A DNA stretch of 41,754 nucleotides, from assembly GCA_965372715.1 (NCBI GenBank), contig CBDVDH010000032.1:1-41754 (forward strand). The letters run 5' to 3'. The notes beneath the pieces are model-generated. The model ran no database searches. It had not been told where the DNA came from and worked only from the letters and a program-made list of their open reading frames with translations. The number at the start of each line of letters is the position of its first letter. The first letter of the stretch is position 1. Positions 34,085 to 41,754 of the stretch are shown here, piece by piece. Position numbers and translations under genes: made by a program. This stretch comes from an uncultured bacterium (GTDB lineage Bacteria; B130-G9).

Positions 34085-37000
34085 GGCTATTAGAACTTCA
34101 GCTTATTCGATTCGGTCTTTTCACGAACCTCGACATTAACTTCGAGGCGGACGGGAAGAGCTTCCATGTGATCTTTGGCTCAAATGAGGCCGGTAAGAGC
34201 ACTGCCCTGCGTGCGGTCACAGATCTTCTGTTCGGGATCCCGGAAAGGACCGTCGATGATTATGTTCACAAGAAGTCCGATCTGCGTATCGGTGCCCGGC
34301 TCGAAGGCAGCAGAGGTACGGCACTGCATGTGATACGCCGCAAGGGCCGCAAGAAAACGCTCCTCGACATCGACGAGAATCCGGTCGAAGAGTCGTCCTT
34401 GGCCGCATTGTTACAGGGCGTAAGCCGGGAGTTGTTCGAAGCAATGTTCGGTTTGAGCCACGAGGTACTGGTCAACGGTGGAAAAGACCTGCTCGAAGGA
34501 AAGGGGGAAGTTGGTGAAAGCCTCTTTGGAGCGAGCCTCGGTGTTCGTAATATCCACTCGCTTCGCAAATCCCTCCGCGAAGAGGCCGAGGCAATCTTCA
34601 CACCAGCCGCCCACAAGCGACCGCTCAATCTCAAACTCACGGCGTTCCAAGAAGCGAAGAATAGGATTCGTCAACTCTCACTGAGGCCAAGGGGATGGGA
34701 AGAACTTCAGAAGAAGCTGAAAGAGGCGATTGAGCATTTGGAAAAGCAGGAGCAAGAGCATCGTGACGTCAGCGCTGAACTCAGTCGGCTTGAGCGTCTT
34801 CGGCGCGTGCTGCCACAGATTAGAAAAAGGGAGGCGCTTCTCGCCCAGAAGAGTGAACTGGACGACCTGAAGCTCGTCCCGGAGTCCTCAAAAGGAGAAC
34901 GAACAGAAGCAGAGCGCATTCTGCGGAATGCGGACATACAGCAGAAGAAACTCACCGACGAAAAAGACTTGGCCGAGAAAGACAAGGCCGCCCTTGACGT
35001 GCCAGAGAAGTTGCTGGCGCGGGAGGCGTCAATCGAGGACCTTCGAGACAGCCTTGGGGCACACAAGAAAGCAAGCCGAGATTCAGTAGGCCTTCAAGCC
35101 CAAGTCGAGTTGGCCTATCAGGATGCTCGTGGGATTCTCCGGGATTCGGGGCGTGCGGAGACGCTTGATGAAATAGACCAACTGCGCATTGATGTGGGGA
35201 CCCAAGCTCGGATTCGGAAGCTTGGTCAGGAATATGCCAGCGTCGACACAGCTCTTGGCAAGGCCGAGAAGGACCTTGCTGACGCTGAGCGGAGTCTTCA
35301 TGACCTTGAAGATCAGAAGACCGTTCTGTCGGCGCCGCGAGACCCCAGCGGGCTCCGCCGGGTCGTTGCCGAGGCGCGTAAGCACGGTGATCTTGAAGGA
35401 CGGCTTCGTCCGCTGGCAAATGATATCAGTGAGGTAACAACCAAGGCCAAGAATCAGCTTTCTGGGCTGTCGCTATGGGATGGTGCTTTGGAAGATGTCG
35501 AGGGGCTTCCTCTACCATTAGAGAAAACGGTGGAGAGATTCGATGCGGAGTTCCACGAACTGGATAAGAAGCGAGAACATGCCGAGGCGAAGAAAAGGAA
35601 CCTTGCGGAGAATCGCGAAAAGGACTCCAACGACCTTGTTTCTCTGGAGGCGCGCGGTTCGGTTCCCACCGAGGATGAATTGAAGAGCGCACGAGCGGGA
35701 CGGGACAAGAGCTGGGAACAAGTTAGGTCCGTCTGGATCGATGGCCATCCAATTGAGGCCGAAACACCGGAGGCGCTCGCTGCCGAGTATGAAAGTGAGG
35801 TCCGGGATGCCGATGATGTTGCTGATAGGTTGTGGCGTGACGCAGACCGGGTGGCAAGATACCTGACCCTCAATACGCAGCTTGAGTCCAATGAGGTCGA
35901 ACGGACGAAGCTGGATGGGGAAATCGCAGAACTCCTAAAGAACATAGACGAGGTCAAAGACCAATGGCACGAGCGGTGGGAGCCAGCCGGTATCAAGCCC
36001 CTGCCACCGGGTGAAATGCGGATCTGGCTTGTTAGATGCGAGAAACTTGCTGATTCGGTCGCTCAACTGAGAAGGTACGAGCAAGAATATAACACTGTGC
36101 TTCAAGAGATTGAAGAACGACGCGACCAGTGTGGCCGGGAACTTGCCAAGTTGGGCGAGCCGACACCGACAGAGGCCGAATCACTGCCCGTCCTACTGAG
36201 CCGAGCTGAGGACATTATAAAGCATCTGGAGGATGCCGAGCGAACACGGCAGCAGCTCTTGGAAGACCTTGAGAAGGCAAGTACCTTGAAGCAGAAGCAC
36301 CAAAGGGAGTTTGATCTGTATCGCAAGGCTCTGGAACAATGGCGCTCTCGTTGGGATCAGGCTGTAGAGCCCTTGGGGCTTGACGCGAATGCCTTGTCCG
36401 AGGAGGCTGAAGCCATCCTAGACAAATTAACCCTTCTATTCCAGAAGGTTGATCACGCACGCCGAGACCAGAAGCGTATTGATCGAATCAAACGTGATGC
36501 AGGCCGATTCGCTGATCAGGTCACTGCGTTGGTCGAGGAATGCGCCCCCGCTCTCGCGGGCTTACAGCCTGAGGGGGCCGCCATGAAACTCATTAAATCC
36601 CTTAACAAGGGCAAGGACGCGCAGAAGGACCGGAGCAATCTCGACAAACGTCTGAAGCAAATACTTAAAGAACTCAGCGACCTCAAACGGGAACGAGAAG
36701 GCGCAGAAGCCACTATGGACCGGCTAATGGAGAACGCCGGCTGCAGCACTCCAGAAGAGCTCGTGGAGGTGGAGCGTCGGTCAAGAGAGCACCGGGAGAT
36801 AGCCTCGAAGTTAGAAAGCCTGCAGGAGCAGCTGCTAGGAGAGGGAGTGCCCATTGATGAGCTTCTTGAGCAAGCTGGTGGGGCCGATCCAGATACGCTG
36901 CCTACCGAGATCCAGAACCTCGAGGAGAATGGCACGCGACTCGCGCGAAAATGCACCGAGCTTCGAGAAAAGGTCTGGAGCCTCAAGACTGAGTATGCAG

Positions 37001-37587
37001 CAATGGATGGTGGCCGCGCGGCAGCAGATGCAGCTACAGAAGCCCAAGAGGCTTTGGCCGCAATCAAGCACCACGTCGAGAGCTATACGCGAGTGAAGCT
37101 GGCCGAGCTGCTACTGGACCGGGAGATCGAGCGTTATCGAGAGGAAAATCAGGGGCCGATTCTGCAGCGAGCCGGGGAGATGTTCCGGCAGATAACTCTT
37201 AGCGGTTTTGCAGGATTGACAACAGGTTTTGATCCCAATGACCTGCCCATTCTTCTCTGTGCGCGGAGTAATGGCGAAAAAGTCTCGGTTGATGGCCTGA
37301 GTGATGGTACACGTGACCAGCTCTATCTTGCGCTCCGACTGGCCAGCATCGAGCAGCATGTAGCGCGCAACGAGTCGCTGCCTCTTATCATCGACGATGC
37401 CCTGATCAATTTCGATGACCACCGTGCACGGGCGACCCTGGAACTACTGAGCGATATCTCCAAGAAGACACAAGTTCTATTCTTCACGCACCACACGAGG
37501 CTGCGCGAACTGGCACGGGACGCGGTGTCCAAGAACCTCCTGAAGGAGCACAACTTGGACCAAAGGAACGGAGCCCGTATTGGGTGA
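34081..37587 (+). CDS. yhaN: Rad50/SMC-like ATPase (YhaN family)
   Basis: Walker A GSNEAGKST, long coiled coils, LSDGTRDQLYLALRLA, IIDDALINFDD and FFTHH; GTGA overlap with yhaO. Confidence 0.92.
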   Translation: MRLLELQLIRFGLFTNLDINFEADGKSFHVIFGSNEAGKSTALRAVTDLLFGIPERTVDDYVHKKSDLRIGARLEGSRGTALHVIRRKGRKKTLLDIDENPVEESSLAALLQGVSRELFEAMFGLSHEVLVNGGKDLLEGKGEVGESLFGASLGVRNIHSLRKSLREEAEAIFTPAAHKRPLNLKLTAFQEAKNRIRQLSLRPRGWEELQKKLKEAIEHLEKQEQEHRDVSAELSRLERLRRVLPQIRKREALLAQKSELDDLKLVPESSKGERTEAERILRNADIQQKKLTDEKDLAEKDKAALDVPEKLLAREASIEDLRDSLGAHKKASRDSVGLQAQVELAYQDARGILRDSGRAETLDEIDQLRIDVGTQARIRKLGQEYASVDTALGKAEKDLADAERSLHDLEDQKTVLSAPRDPSGLRRVVAEARKHGDLEGRLRPLANDISEVTTKAKNQLSGLSLWDGALEDVEGLPLPLEKTVERFDAEFHELDKKREHAEAKKRNLAENREKDSNDLVSLEARGSVPTEDELKSARAGRDKSWEQVRSVWIDGHPIEAETPEALAAEYESEVRDADDVADRLWRDADRVARYLTLNTQLESNEVERTKLDGEIAELLKNIDEVKDQWHERWEPAGIKPLPPGEMRIWLVRCEKLADSVAQLRRYEQEYNTVLQEIEERRDQCGRELAKLGEPTPTEAESLPVLLSRAEDIIKHLEDAERTRQQLLEDLEKASTLKQKHQREFDLYRKALEQWRSRWDQAVEPLGLDANALSEEAEAILDKLTLLFQKVDHARRDQKRIDRIKRDAGRFADQVTALVEECAPALAGLQPEGAAMKLIKSLNKGKDAQKDRSNLDKRLKQILKELSDLKREREGAEATMDRLMENAGCSTPEELVEVERRSREHREIASKLESLQEQLLGEGVPIDELLEQAGGADPDTLPTEIQNLEENGTRLARKCTELREKVWSLKTEYAAMDGGRAAADAATEAQEALAAIKHHVESYTRVKLAELLLDREIERYREENQGPILQRAGEMFRQITLSGFAGLTTGFDPNDLPILLCARSNGEKVSVDGLSDGTRDQLYLALRLASIEQHVARNESLPLIIDDALINFDDHRARATLELLSDISKKTQVLFFTHHTRLRELARDAVSKNLLKEHNLDQRNGARIG

Positions 37588-37741
37588 GACGATTTAGGGT
37601 CGAGAGCTCCGAGAACGACTCATGGCGTTCTTGTTCTGCTGAGGAAACAAGATCTGAGCAGCGGTACCCATAGACCTCAATAAGTCCGACCGGTCGCTGT
37701 TTCCCAGCCTCGCTGTCCCTCATATTCAACACCACATGCAG

Positions 37742-38119
37742 TCACGACTCGGTCAGGAAGCCCGATTGCACTTTTACGAGGGCGTTCTTGACCTCTGAGC
37801 CACTGTCCTGAAGCTCCTCGCAGAGCGCCTCGAAGATCGTTCGGATAAGGTCGTTGCGCACGGACTCCAGCTGCTCGATCTTGTTCCGCATGTTCAGGAC
37901 GACTTCGATGCCGGCGAGGTTGACGCCCAATTCGTTCGCCAGCCTGAGTATCATCCTGAGCTTCGTAACGTCTTCCCTGGAATAAAGCCTGGTATTGCCT
38001 TCGGTGCGAGTCGGAACGACCAGGCCGCGTCGCTCGTAGTGACGCAACGTCTGCGGATGGACATCTAGCATCTGAGAGACGATGCCTATCGAGAAGAACT
38101 CTTTGCTTTCGTCATCCAT
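37742..38119 (-). CDS. hspR: MerR-family heat-shock repressor HspR
   Basis: SIGIVSQMLDVHPQTLRHYER.GL..P.RT.GNTRLYS and LGVNLAG; follows dnaJ. Confidence 0.9.
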   Translation of the reverse strand: MDDESKEFFSIGIVSQMLDVHPQTLRHYERRGLVVPTRTEGNTRLYSREDVTKLRMILRLANELGVNLAGIEVVLNMRNKIEQLESVRNDLIRTIFEALCEELQDSGSEVKNALVKVQSGFLTES

Positions 38120-38136
38120 TTGTCGAACCTCTGATC

Positions 38137-39282
38137 TCAGAAACTGCCAAAAGAGGCTCTGGGCGCCTCGGGATTGAGCCTGGAATACTCCTGCATCAAG
38201 CGCTTCATTTCCTCGCTCATCGTTTTGGGCACAGTGATCTTGACCGTTACATATTGGTCGCCCCGCGTGCCGGATTTCCCCACGTGGATGCCTTTACCTC
38301 GAAGTCGAAGCGTCTGGCCAGACTGCGTGCCAGGTGGGATTCTCATGTTTGCTTTGCCGTCGATTGTCGGGATCTCAATCTTAGCCCCAAGCACCGCCTC
38401 GGGCACGGTGATCGGAACCTCGCAGTAGATGTTCGGCCCCTTCCGGGTGAAGAAGTGGTGCTTCTGAACGCTAAAAGTTACGTAGAGATTGGAAACGCCG
38501 CCCGGCCCTTCGTTGCCCTTGCCGGCGAGGCGTATCTTGCCCCCGTGGTCCGTCCCAGGCGGGATCGTTACTCTTATGCGCTCGGTCGTAACGGTGGTTC
38601 CCTTGCCCCTGCATTTGGGACAAGGGCTGCCAACCTTCCCAGTTCCCCTGCATTGCGGGCAGACCTGCATGACAGCCCCAAATCCACGCGCCGACGTCTG
38701 GATTCTGCCCATTCCCCCGCAGTTCGAGCAGGCAGAACTAGAGCCGCCGCTGAAGCCGCTGCCGCCGCACGCATCGCAAAGCACGTCGCGTTTCAGAGAG
38801 ATGACCGCTTTTCGCCCCTTGACAGCATCCATGAAGCCGATTTCCATCCTGTAGTGAATATCTTCGGGTGGGCTGGGCCGCGCCTCCCTAGGCCGCTGAC
38901 CAAAAGGGCTTTCTTGACCGAAAACGCTGCTGAAAACGTCACGAAAACTCCCGAAACCTGATGCGCCCTTTGCGCGTTGACCGAACTGGCTGAAATCGAA
39001 GTTGCTGAAGTCGAAACCCTGAGCGCCGGACCCCGGTCCGCCCGCCTGACTGGCGAAGCCCTTCGTGAACATCTCGTGGCCAAGCTGATCGTATTGCTTG
39101 CGGAGCTTCTCGTCGGACAGAACGTGATACGCCTCGGAGACCTCCTTGAACTTCGCCTCAGCCTGCTTGTCACCAGGGTTGACGTCCGGATGATACTTAC
39201 GGGCGAGCTTGCGATATCGGGCCTTGACCTCTTTCGGCGAGGCGCCTCGCTTGAGGCCCAAGATGTCGTAATAGTCACTCAT
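38137..39282 (-). CDS. dnaJ: Chaperone DnaJ
   Basis: J-domain HPD, G/F-rich region, four CxxCxGxG motifs and a C-terminal domain. Confidence 0.97.
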   Translation of the reverse strand: MSDYYDILGLKRGASPKEVKARYRKLARKYHPDVNPGDKQAEAKFKEVSEAYHVLSDEKLRKQYDQLGHEMFTKGFASQAGGPGSGAQGFDFSNFDFSQFGQRAKGASGFGSFRDVFSSVFGQESPFGQRPREARPSPPEDIHYRMEIGFMDAVKGRKAVISLKRDVLCDACGGSGFSGGSSSACSNCGGMGRIQTSARGFGAVMQVCPQCRGTGKVGSPCPKCRGKGTTVTTERIRVTIPPGTDHGGKIRLAGKGNEGPGGVSNLYVTFSVQKHHFFTRKGPNIYCEVPITVPEAVLGAKIEIPTIDGKANMRIPPGTQSGQTLRLRGKGIHVGKSGTRGDQYVTVKITVPKTMSEEMKRLMQEYSRLNPEAPRASFGSF

Positions 39283-39344
39283 CGGTCAGTTCCTGTTGCG
39301 CAACGCGGCGGTGTTCAATTCGACGTGGTCATCGGAATTGCCGT

Positions 39345-39415
39345 GTAGGGGCAGGCCACCGTGCCTGCCCTATCTTATTGATCGTAAAGGGCAACCACGG
39401 GGGGATTGCCCCTAC
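39345..39415. repeat. Inverted pair of GTAG-type REP palindromes (REPIN-like)
   Basis: GTAGGGGCAGGCCACCGTGCCTGCCCT (39345-39371, +) and GTAGGGGCAATCCCCCCGTGGTTGCCCT (39388-39415, -). Confidence 0.8.
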
Positions 39416-39502
39416 ACTGAGCGGGCGGCCACTTATGTCCCAGCCTCCAAGCACCGCCCCTCACCTCCCCGACAATGGCAGGCTGGAAAGGCCGCCCCAC
39501 AC

Positions 39503-41443
39503 CTAGTCAACTTCCTCGTATTCGGCGTCCACCACATCCTCATCGGTCTTGCCGCTTGGGTCCTCCTGCGACGCGGCTTGCTCGCTTTCCGCACCGCTGG
39601 CCTGCTGATGAGCCTGCTGCTGAGCTTGCTGCTGTTGCTCGGCTGTCGCAGATTTATACATCTCCTCCGCGATCTTGTGCGAGACCTGCGTTATCTCCTC
39701 GATTGAGGCCTTGATCCGGTCAGCATCCTCGAGCTCCAGGGCCTTCTTACCCGTCTCAATCGCATTTTCAGCCGCATTGACGTCCGCAATCGGTATCTTC
39801 TCCTTGTTGTCCTTGATCGTCCGCTCGGCCTGGAAGATAAGCCCATCCAGCTGGTTCCTGAGGTCAACCGTCTCTCGCTTCTGCTTGTCCTCGTCCGCAT
39901 GCGATTCGGCGTCTCTAACCATCTTCTTGATCTCGCCCTCGTCTAGGCCGCTCGAAGAGGTAATCGTGATCTGCTGCTGCTTGCCTGTGCCCATGTCCTT
40001 GGCTGAGACGTTCACGATACCGTTGGCGTCGATGTCGAACGTTACTTCGATCTGCGGGATGCCGCGAGGCGCAGGCGGGATGCCAACGAGCTGGAACTTA
40101 CCCAGCGTCCTGTTGTCGATCGCCATCGGGCGCTCGCCTTGAAGGACGTGTATCTCGACCGTCGTCTGATTGTCCTGAGCCGTCGAGAATATCTGGCTCT
40201 TCTTCGTCGGAATCGTCGTGTTGCGCTCGATCAGAAATGTGCTCACGTTGCCAAGCGTTTCTATGCCAAGCGAAAGAGGCGTAACGTCAAGAAGGAGCAC
40301 ATCTTTGACGTCCCCCGACAACACGCCGCCCTGGATAGCCGCGCCGACAGCGACTACCTCGTCGGGATTGACGCCCCTATGCGGCTCCCTGCCAAACTGC
40401 TGCTTCACCATCTCCTGAACCTTCGGGATGCGCGTTGACCCGCCAACCAGAACGACCTCGTCGATCTGGTTCGTGGAGAGCCCGGCATCCGCCATCGCCT
40501 TCTTGCATGGCTCAATCGTCCTCTCCAGAAGGTCGTGGACCAAACTCTCGAACTTCGCCCGCGAGAGCTTGATATTCAGGTGCTTCGGGCCGCTCTGATC
40601 CGCCGTTATGAACGGCAGATTGATGTCCGTCTCGGTAACAGTAGAGAGCTCCATCTTGGCCTTCTCGGAAGCCTCCTTCAGTCGCTGAATGGCCGACTGG
40701 TCCTGCGAGAGGTCAATCCCCTGGTCCTTCTTGAACTCCGCGATAAGCCAATCAATTATCCGCTGGTCGAGGTTATCGCCGCCCAGGTGAGTGTCGCCGT
40801 TGGTCGCCTTGACCTCAACCACACCCTCGCCGACCTCCAGAATTGAGATGTCGAACGTGCCGCCGCCGAAGTCATAGACAGCGATCGTCTGATCCTTTTT
40901 CTTGTCCAGCCCATACGCAAGAGCCGCCGCGGTCGGCTCATTGATGATCCGCTTCACGTCCAACCCAGCGATGCGGCCCGCGTCCTTCGTCGCCTGACGC
41001 TGGCTATCGTTGAAATAGGCTGGAACGGTAACGACCGCCTCGGTTACCTTCTCGCCCAGATAGTCCTCTGCGGACTGCCTCATCTTCTGCAAGATCATCG
41101 CCGATATCTCCGGCGGGGAGTATTTCTTGCCCCTAGCGACGATACGAACGTCCTGGTTTGGCCCCGCAGAAACCTTATACGGAACCATCGTCATCTCCTC
41201 CGAGACCTCGCCGATCCGGCGACCCATGAAACGCTTGATCGAATAGACCGTGTTCGTGGGGTTCGTTACCGCCTGACGCTTCGCGATCTGGCCGACGAGG
41301 CGCTCGCCCTTCTCCGTGAACGCAACCACCGACGGGGTCGTTCTGCCGCCCTCCGCGCTTGCAATCACGACCGGCTCGCCGCCCTCCATGACGGCGACGA
41401 CGCTGTTGGTCGTTCCCAGGTCAATGCCAATAGTCTTTCCCAT
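39503..41443 (-). CDS. dnaK: Chaperone DnaK (Hsp70)
   Basis: [38 protein letters not shown] and a C-terminal [10 protein letters not shown]. Confidence 0.99.
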   Translation of the reverse strand: MGKTIGIDLGTTNSVVAVMEGGEPVVIASAEGGRTTPSVVAFTEKGERLVGQIAKRQAVTNPTNTVYSIKRFMGRRIGEVSEEMTMVPYKVSAGPNQDVRIVARGKKYSPPEISAMILQKMRQSAEDYLGEKVTEAVVTVPAYFNDSQRQATKDAGRIAGLDVKRIINEPTAAALAYGLDKKKDQTIAVYDFGGGTFDISILEVGEGVVEVKATNGDTHLGGDNLDQRIIDWLIAEFKKDQGIDLSQDQSAIQRLKEASEKAKMELSTVTETDINLPFITADQSGPKHLNIKLSRAKFESLVHDLLERTIEPCKKAMADAGLSTNQIDEVVLVGGSTRIPKVQEMVKQQFGREPHRGVNPDEVVAVGAAIQGGVLSGDVKDVLLLDVTPLSLGIETLGNVSTFLIERNTTIPTKKSQIFSTAQDNQTTVEIHVLQGERPMAIDNRTLGKFQLVGIPPAPRGIPQIEVTFDIDANGIVNVSAKDMGTGKQQQITITSSSGLDEGEIKKMVRDAESHADEDKQKRETVDLRNQLDGLIFQAERTIKDNKEKIPIADVNAAENAIETGKKALELEDADRIKASIEEITQVSHKIAEEMYKSATAEQQQQAQQQAHQQASGAESEQAASQEDPSGKTDEDVVDAEYEEVD

Positions 41444-41526
41444 GCTGTTTCTGCCTCCTACTTTTCAGTGCATTAGTTCACATGTCAGTGCATTCGTATA
41501 ACATTCTATCATCACTATCTACCTCA

Positions 41527-41556
41527 AACATAAAACCTGAGTCATATTTTGTCAAG
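41527..41556 (-). promoter_or_regulatory. dnaK promoter overlapped by a HAIR-like HspR operator
   Basis: Minus strand TTGACA-17 bp-TATGTT. Plus strand CCTGAGT-N7-TGTCAAG (41536-41556) resembles the HAIR consensus CTTGAGT-N7-ACTCAAG. Confidence 0.8.
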
Positions 41557-41646
41557 TTTTCTGTTGAGAGTTTCCGCAATGCGGCAACGGGAGAAAAGGA
41601 AAAAAGGAAAAGGGGACAAAGGGGGGACCAAGTGACGCCCTCTCAT

Positions 41647-41671
41647 ATCGCCCGGCTTTAGCCGAGGCGAT
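41647..41671. repeat. Intergenic palindrome
   Basis: ATCGCC-CGGCT-TT-AGCCG-A-GGCGAT hairpin. Confidence 0.55.
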
Positions 41672-41754
41672 GAAAGCGGCTATCATGTCCTAACCCCCGA
41701 ATTCAGAGGCTGTCCAAAAAGGCCGGTTGTCAGGGTTTTCTTGTTCAATTGCAC

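Noticed and set aside
41444-41754. CIRCE element upstream of dnaK
   Set aside because: No TTAGCACTC-N9-GAGTGCTAA match; a HAIR-like site fits instead.

Overview
A 41.7 kb bacterial chromosomal window of moderately high GC, probably from an anaerobe. (1) 1-4680 looks like the end of an element integrated at the 3' end of tRNA-Leu(TAG). It carries two hypothetical genes, a phage-type DpdA/TGT-like transglycosylase and a compact three-gene operon (unknown protein + low-complexity protein + PemK/MazF-like 'SQSCDL' protein). That operon is my best candidate for an undescribed defence or toxin-antitoxin-type system. (2) tRNA-Leu(TAG) and tRNA-Arg(TCG), a class V aminotransferase and a stand-alone LigD phosphoesterase. 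(3) An accessory patch at about 6.9-13.3 kb: a repeat-containing lipoprotein, DUF2283, a HEPN-MNT pair, a small protein + retropepsin pair, and a Cys-rich beta-helix protein. An exact 17-bp direct repeat brackets part of this patch. (4) A PerR/Fur-led oxidative-stress cluster (rbr, dfx, two ferritin-like genes, fprA, flavin reductase-rubredoxin, TIGR02757-like, metal permease-HMA). (5) Housekeeping genes, two tandem orphan GAF histidine kinases, DUF4139 and nfeD. (6) A satellite microcompartment locus (BMC-H + ACT-like partner), yhaO/yhaN (Mre11/Rad50-like), and dnaK-dnaJ-hspR with a HAIR-like operator. Two genes have a single-base frame break right at their apparent start. All family calls come from motif recognition by eye; no searches were run.
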